A DNA stretch of 64,000 nt from Syntrophales bacterium. Its GTDB lineage: Bacteria > Desulfobacterota > Syntrophia > Syntrophales > UBA6807. The translations under genes and the position numbers were made by a program. Of this stretch, positions 30,518-41,051 are shown in pieces (position 1 is the stretch's first letter; the number at the start of each line of letters is the position of its first letter). The notes below the pieces were generated by a model. The model worked only from the letters and a program-made list of their open reading frames with translations, ran no database searches and was not told where the DNA came from. The DNA lies in contig JAXGPA010000001.1 of the NCBI GenBank assembly GCA_040767195.1, forward strand, positions 352,001 to 416,000, read 5' to 3'.

Positions 30518-32080
30518 TCAGTGGCGGAAATGCCGCCGTCCCGTAAAGATCATGGCCATGCCGTGGTCGTCCGCCGCCCGGACGGCCTCTTCATCCCGGA
30601 CCGAGCCGCCGGGCTGGACGACGGCCGTCACGCCTGCCTGGGCGGCGAGATCGACCCCGTCCCGGAAAGGGAAGAAGGCATCGGAGGCGAGAACCGTCCC
30701 CTGTGTCGGGAGGTTTGCCTTCATCACGGCGATCCGCACCGAGTCCACCCGGCTCATCTGGCCGGCGCCGACCCCCACGAGCTGGTTTTCCCTTGCCAGG
30801 ACGATGGCGTTGGACTTGACGTACTTCACCACCCGCCACGCAAAATCCAAGGCCCGGTATTCCTCTTCCGTGGGAGGGCGCTTCGTCACCACCGCGGCGC
30901 GTCGAAGGTCGTCCCTCTCCTGGTCCCGGTCCTGAACGAGAAGGCCCCCCTTCACCCGGCGGTAATCGAACTCCCGGCGGGAACCGATGGCGGCGGGGGA
31001 AATTTCCAGGAGCCGGACATTCTTCCTGGCCTCGAGGATGGCCCGGGCCTCGGGATCGAAACCCGGGGCCAGGATCACTTCCAGGAAGGTCTTGGCCAGT
31101 TCCTCCGCTGTTTTCCCGTCCACCGGCCGGTTCAGGGCGACTATCCCCCCGAAGGCCGCCACGGGATCCGTTTCCATGGCTTTCCGGTAAGCCTCGGCGA
31201 GGCTGCTCCCGGACAGGGCCGCCCCGCAGGGATTGGCGTGCTTCATGACCACCGCCGCGGGGGCGTCGAAATCGGACGCCATCTGCCAGGCGGCGTCGCC
31301 GTCCATGATGTTGTTGTAGGACAGTTCCTTTCCCTGGAGCTGCCGCCCCCCGCTGATGGAAGCGGGCAGGATGTCCCATTCCCGGTAAAAAGCCGCCTTC
31401 TGGTGCGGGTTCTCACCGTACCTGAGGTCCTGAGCCTTGACGAACTGGACCGTCAGGGTGTCGGGAAACTCCCGGGGCTCCCCTTGCCGGAACCCTCCCA
31501 GGTAATTGGAAATGGCCCCGTCATACCGGGCGGTGAGCTGAAACGCCTTTTTCGCCATCTCGAAATTGAGGTCCCGGGAAACGGTCCCGCCCCCCACCCG
31601 AAGTTCTTCCAGTATTTTCCCATAGTCCGCGGGATCGGTCACCACGGTCACGAAGGGGTGGTTTTTCGCCGCCGCGCGGATCATGGCGGGCCCGCCGATG
31701 TCGATATTTTCCACGGCCTCTTCCAGGGTGCACCCCGGTTTCGCCACCGTTTCCTCGAAGCGGTAGAGGTTGATCACCACCATGTCGATGGGGAGAATCC
31801 CGTGCTTTTCCGCAGCCGCCCGATGATTTTCCTGATCCCGGAGAAAAAGGATTCCCCCATGGACTTTCGGATGGAGGGTCTTCAGCCTCCCGTCCATCAT
31901 TTCGGGAAACCCCGTGTAGTCCGAAACCTCGACGACGGGGATCCCGTTTTCCGCCAGTTGGCGGGCGGTGCCCCCCGTGGAGAGAATCTCCACTTTCAGG
32001 GCTTGAAGCTCCCGGGCGAATTCCACAATGCCCCGCTTGTCGGTGACACTGATGAGCGCTCTTCGAATCGGATGGTTCAT
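30518..32080 (-). CDS. purH: Bifunctional AICAR transformylase / IMP cyclohydrolase
   Basis: [41 protein letters not shown]. Confidence 0.98.
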   Translation of the reverse strand: MNHPIRRALISVTDKRGIVEFARELQALKVEILSTGGTARQLAENGIPVVEVSDYTGFPEMMDGRLKTLHPKVHGGILFLRDQENHRAAAEKHGILPIDMVVINLYRFEETVAKPGCTLEEAVENIDIGGPAMIRAAAKNHPFVTVVTDPADYGKILEELRVGGGTVSRDLNFEMAKKAFQLTARYDGAISNYLGGFRQGEPREFPDTLTVQFVKAQDLRYGENPHQKAAFYREWDILPASISGGRQLQGKELSYNNIMDGDAAWQMASDFDAPAAVVMKHANPCGAALSGSSLAEAYRKAMETDPVAAFGGIVALNRPVDGKTAEELAKTFLEVILAPGFDPEARAILEARKNVRLLEISPAAIGSRREFDYRRVKGGLLVQDRDQERDDLRRAAVVTKRPPTEEEYRALDFAWRVVKYVKSNAIVLARENQLVGVGAGQMSRVDSVRIAVMKANLPTQGTVLASDAFFPFRDGVDLAAQAGVTAVVQPGGSVRDEEAVRAADDHGMAMIFTGRRHFRH

Positions 32081-32188
32081 CCTTCGAAATCCTTTCTTGT
32101 GGTGTCGATAATGCCGGCCGCTGAAAAAAGTGACCCCGCAGGATCGGCCCCGGCCTGCAGGTTCATCTATTTCGGACGAGGCCCTGTC

Positions 32189-33520
32189 TCAGGCCCCGGA
32201 ACGGATTTTTTCCATGTGCCGGACCCGCTTTTCCAGAAGGGGCTTCGTCCCGATGTCGGGCCGGTGGTCTACCGGTCCCCCGATGGCGGAAACGGCTTCC
32301 TCGGCCATGTTCTCGGCCTTTTCCAGGGTCTCGGAGATCCCCACGACGCCGATGGCCCGGGAGGTGCTCATGTAGAGACCGTCGGGGCGGCGGTCCACCG
32401 AGGCATAGTACAGCCTCGCCCCTTTCACGTCCCCCACGTCGATTTTCGCCGCCGTGGAACGGGCGTCGGGGTGGTCCGCCGGAAGGCCGTATCCCCGGGG
32501 CACCACGTATTTGCACACGGTGGCCTTCTTCTCGAAGGTCACGTCGAGGTCCCCCAGGGTCCCGTCGATAATGGCCCGGCATAGGTCCACGAAATCGGTC
32601 TTCAGAAGGGGCAGGACGTTCATGGCCTCGGGGTCGCCGAACCGGGCGTTGTACTCGAGAAGCCGTACGCCGCCCGCGGTGACGATAAACCCGCCGTACA
32701 TGACTCCCTTGTAAAGGTCCCCCGTTTCCCGGCGGAGAGCGTCGGCGATGGCCTCGGTGATCCCGAGTCCCGCCGTCACGTCTTCACTCTTCAAAAACGG
32801 AAGGAGATGGTCTTCCGCCGAGTAAGACCCCATGCCTCCCGTGTTGGGCCCCCGATCATCCACGAACCGCCGCTTGTGATCCTGGACGGGCGGCGTGGCG
32901 ACGACGGTTTTCCCGTCGCACAGGCACTGGAGGGAGAACTCTTCCCCTTCCAGTTTCTCCTCCACGATGACCGACCCGTGCGCCTTCAAAATAGCCCGGC
33001 AATGTTGGAGAGCTTCTTTCCTGTCAGCGAAGTGGTCGCCCTGCACGAGAACGCCCTTCCCCCCTGTCAGGCCGTCCGGTTTCACCACGACCGCTTCCAG
33101 CCCGGCCATGAACGGTTCGATTCCCCGTTCGTCTCCGAAAACCCGGAACCGGGGGTTCCCTGGTATGCCGTATTTCTCGAGGAGGTTTCTCGTGAAAGTC
33201 TTGGACGTCTCGAGGCGGGCCAGGCTTTTCGTCGGTCCCACCGAAGGGATTCCCAGGGACGCGAGGAAATCGACCACGCCCCCGTTCAAGGGGTCCTCGG
33301 GCCCGATGACGGCGAAATCGATGTCCTTTCCCCGGCAGAAACGGCCAAGGCCCTCCCGGTCCCCGTAGGAGCCGATTGCCGTTTCCGCGGACAGGCCCGC
33401 GATACCCGGGTTGTTCGCCTTCATGTAAGAAAAAAGCTGAGGCTCGTAATGTGAGCGGACGGCGGTTTCTGCGAGGACGTGCTCCCTCGCCCCGTTGCCT
33501 ATGAGAAGTATGCGAACCAT
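32189..33520 (-). CDS. purD: Phosphoribosylamine-glycine ligase (archaeal-type signature)
   Basis: GAREH, QDHKR, GPNTGGMG, EYNARFGDPE. Confidence 0.95.
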   Translation of the reverse strand: MVRILLIGNGAREHVLAETAVRSHYEPQLFSYMKANNPGIAGLSAETAIGSYGDREGLGRFCRGKDIDFAVIGPEDPLNGGVVDFLASLGIPSVGPTKSLARLETSKTFTRNLLEKYGIPGNPRFRVFGDERGIEPFMAGLEAVVVKPDGLTGGKGVLVQGDHFADRKEALQHCRAILKAHGSVIVEEKLEGEEFSLQCLCDGKTVVATPPVQDHKRRFVDDRGPNTGGMGSYSAEDHLLPFLKSEDVTAGLGITEAIADALRRETGDLYKGVMYGGFIVTAGGVRLLEYNARFGDPEAMNVLPLLKTDFVDLCRAIIDGTLGDLDVTFEKKATVCKYVVPRGYGLPADHPDARSTAAKIDVGDVKGARLYYASVDRRPDGLYMSTSRAIGVVGISETLEKAENMAEEAVSAIGGPVDHRPDIGTKPLLEKRVRHMEKIRSGA

Positions 33521-33556
33521 GATCCCCTCCCGGTCCGAAAGACGGAAACTGGCAGA

Positions 33557-33585
33557 ACTATATCGGAATATGATTTTCCCGTCAA
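33557..33585 (-). promoter_or_regulatory. sigma70 promoter of purD
   Basis: TTGACG-N17-TATAGT on the minus strand. Confidence 0.65.
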
Positions 33586-33803
33586 ATGGGATGAATCCCC
33601 CCGAAAAGACCAGCGCCGGCGGGTGGACACCGGGGAACGGCGAGGCCTGCCGGGGGTCTCAACATCCCCGGGTTCCATGTTGACATTTCCCCCCGATGAA
33701 GGTAGTTAAAATAAGAGGTCCGGCAGCGGGCCGGCACGCCAGGATACCGGGGGTAGGGACGGCCTCCCGGAACATGAATATTTGCCGTCGGGTTGTTGAG
33801 CCG

Positions 33804-35075
33804 TTGGATTTTCCGATTCCCTTCGAACTCGTCATCCTTTTTTCCCTCCTTTTTCTGTCCGGTTTCTTCTCCGGTTCGGAGGCGTCTCTTTTTTTCCTGT
33901 CTCCCCTCCATCTGCACAAGATGGAAGAGGACCGGAGTCCCTTCGCGGCCTTCGTCCGCCGCCTCCTGGCCCGCCCGAGGCGGCTTCTTATCTCCATTCT
34001 CGTTGGAAACGAGGCGGTGAACATCACCATCGCCGTCATCGCCACGTCCTTTTTTCTGACCCTTTTCGGTCCTGCGGGGAAATGGGTCTCCATAGCCGTT
34101 ACGACGACGGCGATCCTTGTTTTCGGGGAGGCTCTCCCCAAAGTTCTGGCGGTCAATTACCCCATTCGTTTTTCTTCCTTCGTGTCCCTCCCCCTGACCG
34201 TCTTTTCCCTGGTCATACGCCCCGCCGTCTTCGTTCTTGAAAAGATTTCCGATCTCTTCGTCCATCTTCTCGGGCGGGGAATCACCACACCCGCACCGGC
34301 GGTCATGGAAGAGGAATTCATTTCTCTCGTCGATGCCGGCCACCGGGAAGGGGCCCTCCAGGAGGCCCAGAAAAAGATGATCCACCGGGTTTTCGAACTG
34401 TCGGACATTACCGCCGAGGAAATCATGATTCCCCGGGTGGACATGTTCTGCCTTCCCGTCTCCATGACCCCCGACGCCATGGCGAAAGAAATGATCCGGT
34501 CCCGTTTCTCCCGGGCGCCGGTGTACGGCGCCGACCGGGACGACATACGGGGGATCCTCCACGCGCGGGATCTTCTCGCCGAAATCCGGAAAGGGAAAAA
34601 GGCCTTTTCCGTCAGGAAGATTTTGAAAAAACCCCACTACATCCCTCTCGAGAGAAGCGCCGAAAACGTCATGCGGGACCTGCAGGCCAGAAAAATGCAG
34701 ATGGCCATCGTGGTGGACGAGTTCGGCGGTGTCGAGGGTCTCGTCACCATGAGCGACATATTGGAAACCCTGGTGGGGGATTTTTCCGACGGGTTCCGTG
34801 AACACGAGAAAGGCTTTCACCCTCTGGGCGACGGGACCTGGGTCGTCGCGGGCACCGCGGACATCGAGAAGTTCAACGAAATGCTCGGCACTTCCCTTCC
34901 CGCAGAGGACTTTGACACCATCGGAGGTCTCGTTTTCCATCTTTTCGGGGCCCTTCCCCAGAGGGGGAACGAGGTGGCTTACGGTAACCTGGTTTTCAAG
35001 GTGGAAAAGATCGGGCGCACCCGGATTCTCCGGCTTCGGGTCCGTCGGACGGGGGAGGAACCACCCCGTGGATGA
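33804..35075 (+). CDS. CNNM/CorB (hemolysin-family) DUF21-CBS-CorC protein 1; start uncertain (TTG 33804 assumed)
   Basis: FSGSEAS, GEALPK, SRFSRAPV, VDEFGG, DTIGG. Confidence 0.9.
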   Translation: MDFPIPFELVILFSLLFLSGFFSGSEASLFFLSPLHLHKMEEDRSPFAAFVRRLLARPRRLLISILVGNEAVNITIAVIATSFFLTLFGPAGKWVSIAVTTTAILVFGEALPKVLAVNYPIRFSSFVSLPLTVFSLVIRPAVFVLEKISDLFVHLLGRGITTPAPAVMEEEFISLVDAGHREGALQEAQKKMIHRVFELSDITAEEIMIPRVDMFCLPVSMTPDAMAKEMIRSRFSRAPVYGADRDDIRGILHARDLLAEIRKGKKAFSVRKILKKPHYIPLERSAENVMRDLQARKMQMAIVVDEFGGVEGLVTMSDILETLVGDFSDGFREHEKGFHPLGDGTWVVAGTADIEKFNEMLGTSLPAEDFDTIGGLVFHLFGALPQRGNEVAYGNLVFKVEKIGRTRILRLRVRRTGEEPPRG

Positions 35076-36366
35076 CCTCCTGATTCTCACGCTCGTCTTG
35101 CTCTTTCTCCTTCTGGAAGGCCTGTTCTCGGGAGGTGAAATAGCGCTGGTGTCCTCGGACATCAACAAGATACGGGGGCATGCCCGCAGAGGGTCGCGAT
35201 CCGCCCGGATCACCCTGGATCTCATGGAACGGCCCGAGTGGTTTCTCTCCACGACCCTGACGGGGACAAACCTGTGCGTCGTTTCCAACACGGCCCTCGC
35301 CACGGTTTTCTTCATTTCCCTCTTCGGTCCCGCCGAAGGGGAACGGATCACCGCGGCGGTCATGATCCCCCTTCTGCTCGTTTTCGGCGAGATCGTGCCG
35401 AAGAGCGTTTTTCAGCAGCACGCCGAAACCATCGCCCTGCGTGTTTCCTGGTTTATCTGGATCGCTTCGTGGATCCTCTACCCCCTTGTCCTCATGATTT
35501 CCAAAATATCCCGGATGGCCGTCCACCTCCTTTCCCGGGGCATCGGAATCTTTCAATACCCCTGCATTACCCGGGGCGGGCTCAAGTACCTTCTCACGAA
35601 CACGGCTGAAAGTGACATTCTCAAGACGGAACAGGAAATGATCGGGCGCATCTTCGACATCACCGAAGCCACCGCCGGCCGGATCATGACACCGCTCTCC
35701 GCCATGACGGCTCTCCCCGTGGACGCCACCCTTCACGAAGCGGCCGGCCTTTTCGCCGAAAGGGGCTATTCCCGGATCCCCCTCTACCGGGAGCGGATTT
35801 TCAACATCGTCGGGATTCTCCGGTCTTTCGACATCCTGGAGGCTCTCTACGGAACGCCGCCGGACGGCAACGCCCCGGCACCGCGGGACACCGTCGAGGG
35901 GTCCATGAAGGAAACGCCCCTCTACATCCCCGAGAGCAAGTCGGCCATGGCTCTTCTTTTCGAACTCCAGAAACAGGGAAACCACATGGCCGTCGTCGTG
36001 GACGAGTACGGCGGGGCCCTGGGAATCGTCACCATCGAAGACATCCTGGAGGAGATCGTCGGGGAGATCGAAAATGAGTACACCGAAGAGGGACAGATCC
36101 TCTACAGCCGTGTCGGGCCCGGGAAATATCTTTTCAACGGGCAGGCGAAGATGGAAATCCTCCGGAAACTCATCGCCGTCGATTTCCCCGATGGAGAGTA
36201 CGAGACCCTGGCGGGCTTCCTTCTCAACAGCATGGGAAAGATCCCAAAGAGAAACGAGATCTTCCGGATGGACCCCATCCTTTTCGTCATCGAGGACGGT
36301 GACATGAAATCCATCCGGAACGTGCTTGTCATCCTGCCCCCGGGAATGGAATTGATGAAAGGGTGA
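35068..36366 (+). CDS. CNNM/CorB family protein 2
   Basis: FSGGEIA, GEIVPK, GYSRIP, VDEYGG...[14 protein letters not shown] 35068 after GGAGG. Confidence 0.9.
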   Translation: MDDLLILTLVLLFLLLEGLFSGGEIALVSSDINKIRGHARRGSRSARITLDLMERPEWFLSTTLTGTNLCVVSNTALATVFFISLFGPAEGERITAAVMIPLLLVFGEIVPKSVFQQHAETIALRVSWFIWIASWILYPLVLMISKISRMAVHLLSRGIGIFQYPCITRGGLKYLLTNTAESDILKTEQEMIGRIFDITEATAGRIMTPLSAMTALPVDATLHEAAGLFAERGYSRIPLYRERIFNIVGILRSFDILEALYGTPPDGNAPAPRDTVEGSMKETPLYIPESKSAMALLFELQKQGNHMAVVVDEYGGALGIVTIEDILEEIVGEIENEYTEEGQILYSRVGPGKYLFNGQAKMEILRKLIAVDFPDGEYETLAGFLLNSMGKIPKRNEIFRMDPILFVIEDGDMKSIRNVLVILPPGMELMKG

Positions 36367-36368
36367 CC

Positions 36369-37148
36369 ATGAAAAAAACATCGCCGTCCCCCCGGCCGCT
36401 GGCGGCCCTTATCCTCGCCGCCGGTAAAGGAACCCGTATGGGGTCCTCCCTGGCCAAGGTCCTCCACCCCCTGGACAACCGGCCCATGATTCAGTACTCC
36501 ATCGACCTGGCCGAGAACCTCGGAGCCGACCCGGTGGTCCTCGTTGTCGGGCACCAGAAAGATGCCGTCATGGACGCCCTGAGGGGTCGAAAGGTCCTCT
36601 TCGCAGAACAGAACGAACAGCGCGGGACAGGCCATGCCGTGGCCCAGGCCGGGGAATGTCTCCGGTCCTTTCCGGGCGACATCCTCATTCTGTGCGGGGA
36701 TGTCCCCCTTCTCAAGGAAAAAACGCTCGAGGCGCTCATCGGTCACCACGGGTCCACCGGGGCGGCCGTCACCGTCCTGACGACGGTCCTCGATGACCCG
36801 GGCCGTTACGGCAGGGTCGTCAAAACAGCCGACGGGCGGGTCCTTCGAATCGTGGAAGAACGGGACGCCACGCAAGAAGAGAGGGAAGTGAAGGAAATCA
36901 ACACGGGAATCTACTGCGCCGACGGGCGTTTCCTCTTCGATGCCGTTTCCCGGATCACCGACGACAACGCCCAGGGGGAATACTACCTGACGGACATCTT
37001 CCAAATCGCCCTGGAAAGAGGATACGAGACGGCGTCCATGGTCTGCCCGGACCCCCACGACGTCATGGGGATCAACACCCCGGAGGAACTGAAGGACGCG
37101 GAACGGCGCCTTCGGCTTCGAAAGACGGTGCCGGACAGCCCTCCATAA
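36369..37148 (+). CDS. GlmU N-terminal (uridyltransferase) domain-only protein
   Basis: LAAGKGTRM, GTGHAV, GDVPL, YGRVV, EINTG, EYYLTD, GINT; stops before any LbH domain. Confidence 0.88.
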   Translation: MKKTSPSPRPLAALILAAGKGTRMGSSLAKVLHPLDNRPMIQYSIDLAENLGADPVVLVVGHQKDAVMDALRGRKVLFAEQNEQRGTGHAVAQAGECLRSFPGDILILCGDVPLLKEKTLEALIGHHGSTGAAVTVLTTVLDDPGRYGRVVKTADGRVLRIVEERDATQEEREVKEINTGIYCADGRFLFDAVSRITDDNAQGEYYLTDIFQIALERGYETASMVCPDPHDVMGINTPEELKDAERRLRLRKTVPDSPP

Positions 37149-37206
37149 AGCGGCAACGCTTTTATCCTTGCAAAAGCACCGTTAAAAAGGTAAGAAGGCG
37201 GGACGA

Positions 37207-39009
37207 TTGAATAAAACACTTTGGTTCCCCTTCACGGCACGGCACCCTATGGAAAAATCCCCGCCCGCCCTTCCCTTCCGGATGAACGAAAACGCCGTCA
37301 TGATCGTCATGGCGGTCATCGTTGGTATTTTGGGGGGATACGGCGCCGTCGCCTTCCGCTGGCTCATCGGATTCTTTCAGAACCTCTTCTTCGGACAGGG
37401 AACGGGAACCTTTCTGGATTACCTCCTCGGGCTTCCCTGGTACTCCCGCCTCATCCCGCCCGTCATCGGCGGCCTGATCGTCGGGCCCCTGGTCTATTTC
37501 CTCGCCCGGGAAGCCAAGGGCCACGGCGTGCCCGAGGTCATGGAGGCCGTCGCCCTCCGGGGCGGGTTCATCCGGAAGCGGGTCGTCTTCATCAAGGCCT
37601 TCGCCTCGGCCATCTGTATCGCCTCGGGGGGCTCGGCAGGGCGGGAGGGCCCCATTGTCCAGATCGGTTCCGCCATCGGCTCGGCCTTCGGCCAGGTCCT
37701 CCGGGTTTCCGCCGACCGGATGCGGACCCTTGTGGGCTGCGGGGCCGCCGCGGGTATCGCGGCCACCTTCAATGCCCCCATCGCCGGCGTCATGTTCGCC
37801 ATGGAAATCATTCTCGGTGAATTCGGCATCGCCACGTTCAGCCCCATCGTCGTTTCTTCCGTCATGGCCACGGTGATTTCCCGGGCCTACCTGGGCAATT
37901 ATCCCGCTTTCATCGTTCCCCAGTACTCCCTGGTGAGCCTCTATGAAATCCCCTTGTACATTCTGCTGGGCGTCGTGGCCGGTTTTGTCGGAATGGGCTT
38001 CACCACCTTCCTCTATAAAATGGAAGACCTCTTTAACCGGGTGTCGATCCCCGAATACATCAAGCCCGCCATCGGGGGACTGATCGTCGGCGCTATCGGG
38101 ATTTTCTTCCCTCACATTTTCGGCGTGGGATACGACGCCATCGAGCTGGCCATTCAGGGTAACATGACCTTTCTCCTCCTCTTCTCTCTGATTTTCATCA
38201 AGATTTTAGCCACCTCTCTCACCCTGGGCTCCGGCGGTTCCGGCGGCGTCTTTGCCCCTTCCCTCTTCATCGGCGCCATGACCGGCGGGGCATTCGGCTA
38301 TCTGGCCCACACGCTCTTTCCGGGAGCCACGGCCACCTCGGGGGCTTACAGCCTCGTCGGCATGGGCGCGGTCCTCGCGGCGGCCACTCACGGCCCCATC
38401 AACGGGATCCTCATCCTCTTCGAAATGACGGGAAGCTACAAGATCATTCTCCCGCTCATGCTGTCGTGCATCATCAGCGCCGTCCTGGCAAGCCAGATCA
38501 AGCGGGAATCCATTTACACCCTCAAGCTCATCCGCCGGGGCGTGAACATCCGGGCGGGACGGGACGTGAACGTCATGCGATCCCTGCTGGTCCGGGACGC
38601 CATGACCCGGGACGTGGTGACCGTTTCGGAGAACATGCCTCTGAAAGACCTCGTACGGTTCACCCTGGGAAGCAAATACGCGAGCTTTCCCGTGGTCGAC
38701 CGGGAAGGGTTTCTTTCCGGGATCATCACGTTCCAGGACTTCAAGGAAGTTATCTACGAGGAAGGATTGGAACACCTCGTCGTGGCGGGGGACATCGCCA
38801 CGCGGGGGGTCATCACCATCACGGAAAACGAAAGCCTCAACCGGGCCCTCCAGAAAATCGGGTTCCGGAACATCGAGCAGCTCCCCGTGGTGGAGGAGGC
38901 GAACCCCCGGGTTATCAAGGGCATCCTTTCCCGGAGGGACATCTTCGCCGCCTACAACAAGGCTCTTATCGACCGGTCCCTGGCCGAGGGGATGCAGAAA
39001 AAAGGATAG
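37207..39009 (+). CDS. ClC-family chloride channel/transporter with CBS pair (start uncertain)
   Basis: GHGVPE, GREGP, FNAPIAG, GGVFAP, C-terminal CBS domains. Confidence 0.92.
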   Translation: MNKTLWFPFTARHPMEKSPPALPFRMNENAVMIVMAVIVGILGGYGAVAFRWLIGFFQNLFFGQGTGTFLDYLLGLPWYSRLIPPVIGGLIVGPLVYFLAREAKGHGVPEVMEAVALRGGFIRKRVVFIKAFASAICIASGGSAGREGPIVQIGSAIGSAFGQVLRVSADRMRTLVGCGAAAGIAATFNAPIAGVMFAMEIILGEFGIATFSPIVVSSVMATVISRAYLGNYPAFIVPQYSLVSLYEIPLYILLGVVAGFVGMGFTTFLYKMEDLFNRVSIPEYIKPAIGGLIVGAIGIFFPHIFGVGYDAIELAIQGNMTFLLLFSLIFIKILATSLTLGSGGSGGVFAPSLFIGAMTGGAFGYLAHTLFPGATATSGAYSLVGMGAVLAAATHGPINGILILFEMTGSYKIILPLMLSCIISAVLASQIKRESIYTLKLIRRGVNIRAGRDVNVMRSLLVRDAMTRDVVTVSENMPLKDLVRFTLGSKYASFPVVDREGFLSGIITFQDFKEVIYEEGLEHLVVAGDIATRGVITITENESLNRALQKIGFRNIEQLPVVEEANPRVIKGILSRRDIFAAYNKALIDRSLAEGMQKKG

Positions 39010-39011
39010 CC

Positions 39012-40040
39012 ATGGCCGGGCCCAATGCCCCGGGGGCTCTTTTGAGGCCCCTTCAAATCGGGGGTCTCTTTCTACCCCGCAACCTCCTCCTGGCGCCGCT
39101 GGCGGGCATCACCGATCTTGTCTTCCGCACCGTGGTGAGGCCCTGGGGCTGCGCCCTGGCCTTCACCGAGATGGTGAGCGCCCGGGGACTTACCCAGGAA
39201 GACGGACGGAGCCGCCGCTATCTCGCCACCGATAAAACGGACCGTCCCCTGGGGGTTCAGCTCTTCGGCTCGGAACCGGGAATTCTTGCCGAAGCGGCCC
39301 GGTTCGTCGCCGGGGAGATGGATGTGGACGTTATCGACTTCAACATGGGCTGTCCCGTCCGGAAGGTCCTGAAGGCGGGCTCCGGGGCCGCCCTTCTCCG
39401 GGACCCGCTCAAGGTGTCCCGGATTCTCGAGGCTCTCCGGCGGGCCGTTACCCTGCCCCTGACCGTCAAGATCCGGTCCGGGTGGACTGATCATTCGAGA
39501 AACTACCGGGAAATGGGCAAGATCGCCGCGGCATCCGGTGTGGACGCCGTAACCCTCCACCCCCGGACGGCGAACCAGGGGTTCTCCGGAACCGCCCGCT
39601 GGCAGGACATCGGCGAGCTCAAGGCGGACCTCACCCTCCCCGTCATCGGAAGCGGGGACATTCGGAACCCCGAAGACGCCCGCCGCATGCTCGAGGAAAC
39701 GGGGTGCGACGCCGTCATGATCGGCCGGGGCGCCCTGGGGCGCCCCTGGATTTTCACGGAAACGGCGGCTTATCTCGAAACGGGCGTGGTACCACCGCCC
39801 CCGACACCGGAGAAAAAGCTCGCAGTCGTCCTGGACCATTTCGAAAAAAGCCTTGATTTTTACGGGGAGCGGTGGGGAATCCGGACGTTTCGGAAACACC
39901 TGGCCTGGTACACGAAAGGCATTGCCGGCGGGGCGGCCTTCCGCAGGCGGGCCGTCGTTCTGGAAGACAGGGAAACCCTGCTCGCGGAAACCCGAAGGTT
40001 CTTTGGAGACCTCGAAAAGAATCCCTCACGGGAAGCCTGA
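39012..40040 (+). CDS. dusB: tRNA-dihydrouridine synthase B
   Basis: LAPLAG, TEMV, NMGCP, VKIRSG, LHPRT, GDI, MIGRGALGRPW. Confidence 0.92.
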   Translation: MAGPNAPGALLRPLQIGGLFLPRNLLLAPLAGITDLVFRTVVRPWGCALAFTEMVSARGLTQEDGRSRRYLATDKTDRPLGVQLFGSEPGILAEAARFVAGEMDVDVIDFNMGCPVRKVLKAGSGAALLRDPLKVSRILEALRRAVTLPLTVKIRSGWTDHSRNYREMGKIAAASGVDAVTLHPRTANQGFSGTARWQDIGELKADLTLPVIGSGDIRNPEDARRMLEETGCDAVMIGRGALGRPWIFTETAAYLETGVVPPPPTPEKKLAVVLDHFEKSLDFYGERWGIRTFRKHLAWYTKGIAGGAAFRRRAVVLEDRETLLAETRRFFGDLEKNPSREA

Positions 40041-40111
40041 AGGCGGCGACGGCGGCGGACATGCCGGGAAACCGGCGGCGGGATAGCCGGCCGATGACGC
40101 AAACGGGTCTT

Positions 40112-40426
40112 TCAGCGGCCCTCCGATGGAGACTTGGGGCGGAAGGGCATAAACTCGTATTCCTTGCCCTGGACCAGGAAGGCCACCCGGTCTTTCTCGT
40201 TTCGGATGAGCTTTCCCTCCACCACCCGGCGGCAGCCGAAATCATGGAAGGAGATCTGGTGCGTCGGCGCTTCATCCCTGGGAATGGTCCCATAGTACTC
40301 GCTGATCTTGGCTTCGTCGATCTCCCGGATGAAGAGTTTCTGGCAGCGCTCCCGCTCCTCCCGGTCACCGGTGCGGATGGAAACGACGAAGTTCCCGTGG
40401 AAAGGGGTGGGCATTTCGATTTTCAC
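40112..40426 (-). CDS. Hypothetical protein (104 aa)
   Basis: GTG start with AAGGAGG upstream; downstream of the 64-aa ORF. Confidence 0.7.
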   Translation of the reverse strand: MKIEMPTPFHGNFVVSIRTGDREERERCQKLFIREIDEAKISEYYGTIPRDEAPTHQISFHDFGCRRVVEGKLIRNEKDRVAFLVQGKEYEFMPFRPKSPSEGR

Positions 40427-40450
40427 GATTTCCTCCTTGACCTTTCCCCG

Positions 40451-40645
40451 TCATTCCTTCCGGGACACCTTGACCATGATGCTCCGGCAGCATTCCCCGT
40501 TCCGGATGACAAACCGGTCGGGCATTTCCGTCAGGGTGTACTGCCCGCTCGCCTCGATCTCGAGATCCTCCCTGGTCATGTTCTCCTGCTTGGGAATGAA
40601 AAGCATCCTTCCTATGGGAATCGCACTCTCCTTGATGATCGCCAT
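40451..40645 (-). CDS. Hypothetical protein (64 aa)
   Basis: ATG 40645 with AGGGGG RBS; good promoter upstream. Confidence 0.65.
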   Translation of the reverse strand: MAIIKESAIPIGRMLFIPKQENMTREDLEIEASGQYTLTEMPDRFVIRNGECCRSIMVKVSRKE

Positions 40646-40702
40646 GATCGCCCCCTGGTGCCTGTATTGGGAAAGGACTCCCCCTCCCTGAACAACGCTC
40701 AA

Positions 40703-40731
40703 AACTATAGGAAAGATCATTCATCCTGTCA
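40703..40731 (-). promoter_or_regulatory. sigma70 promoter of the two small ORFs
   Basis: TTGACA-N17-TATAGT on the minus strand. Confidence 0.7.
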
Positions 40732-41051
40732 AGAAGGAAAGGGATATCTGTCAGTAACACGTCAACTGTCCGGGTTTGCAGCACGTGATTTGTCCGATTC
40801 AGGGGGGCCACAGCTGGAAAAAAATAAATCTGTCCCCTTTTTTTTCGTTTTGTGTTACACGTTTTTTGATTGACAAGAGACGAACATTAAACAGCGTGAA
40901 AGGCTCCTTTCCAGCCCCTTCCGGTAAAAAAGGCGGGCAGGGGCGGATACCCGGGAGACGGCCTATCCCGGCAGGCACGCCGCTGTAACGGGAGGCGAAG
41001 GGCGACGACACCTGCGGGGTTCAACAGGGAAACAAAAAAAGGAGGACCCCC

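Noticed and set aside
30521..32584. Long antisense or alternate-frame ORFs (this 687-aa one; also 5428-7014, 13272-15089, 19250-21034, 33582-35363, 42351-44192, 57309-59009)
   Set aside because: They mirror well-supported genes, show no family motifs, and are expected in GC-rich coding DNA
38466..39011. N-terminal extensions of dusB (and likewise murB, mraY, rsmH, CNNM-2, ftsL) in the ORF track
   Set aside because: Out-of-frame read-through inside the upstream gene; homology begins at downstream starts
40063..40076. GCCGG-GAAA-CCGGC mini-hairpin after dusB
   Set aside because: Only 5 bp and no U-tract; too weak to call a terminator
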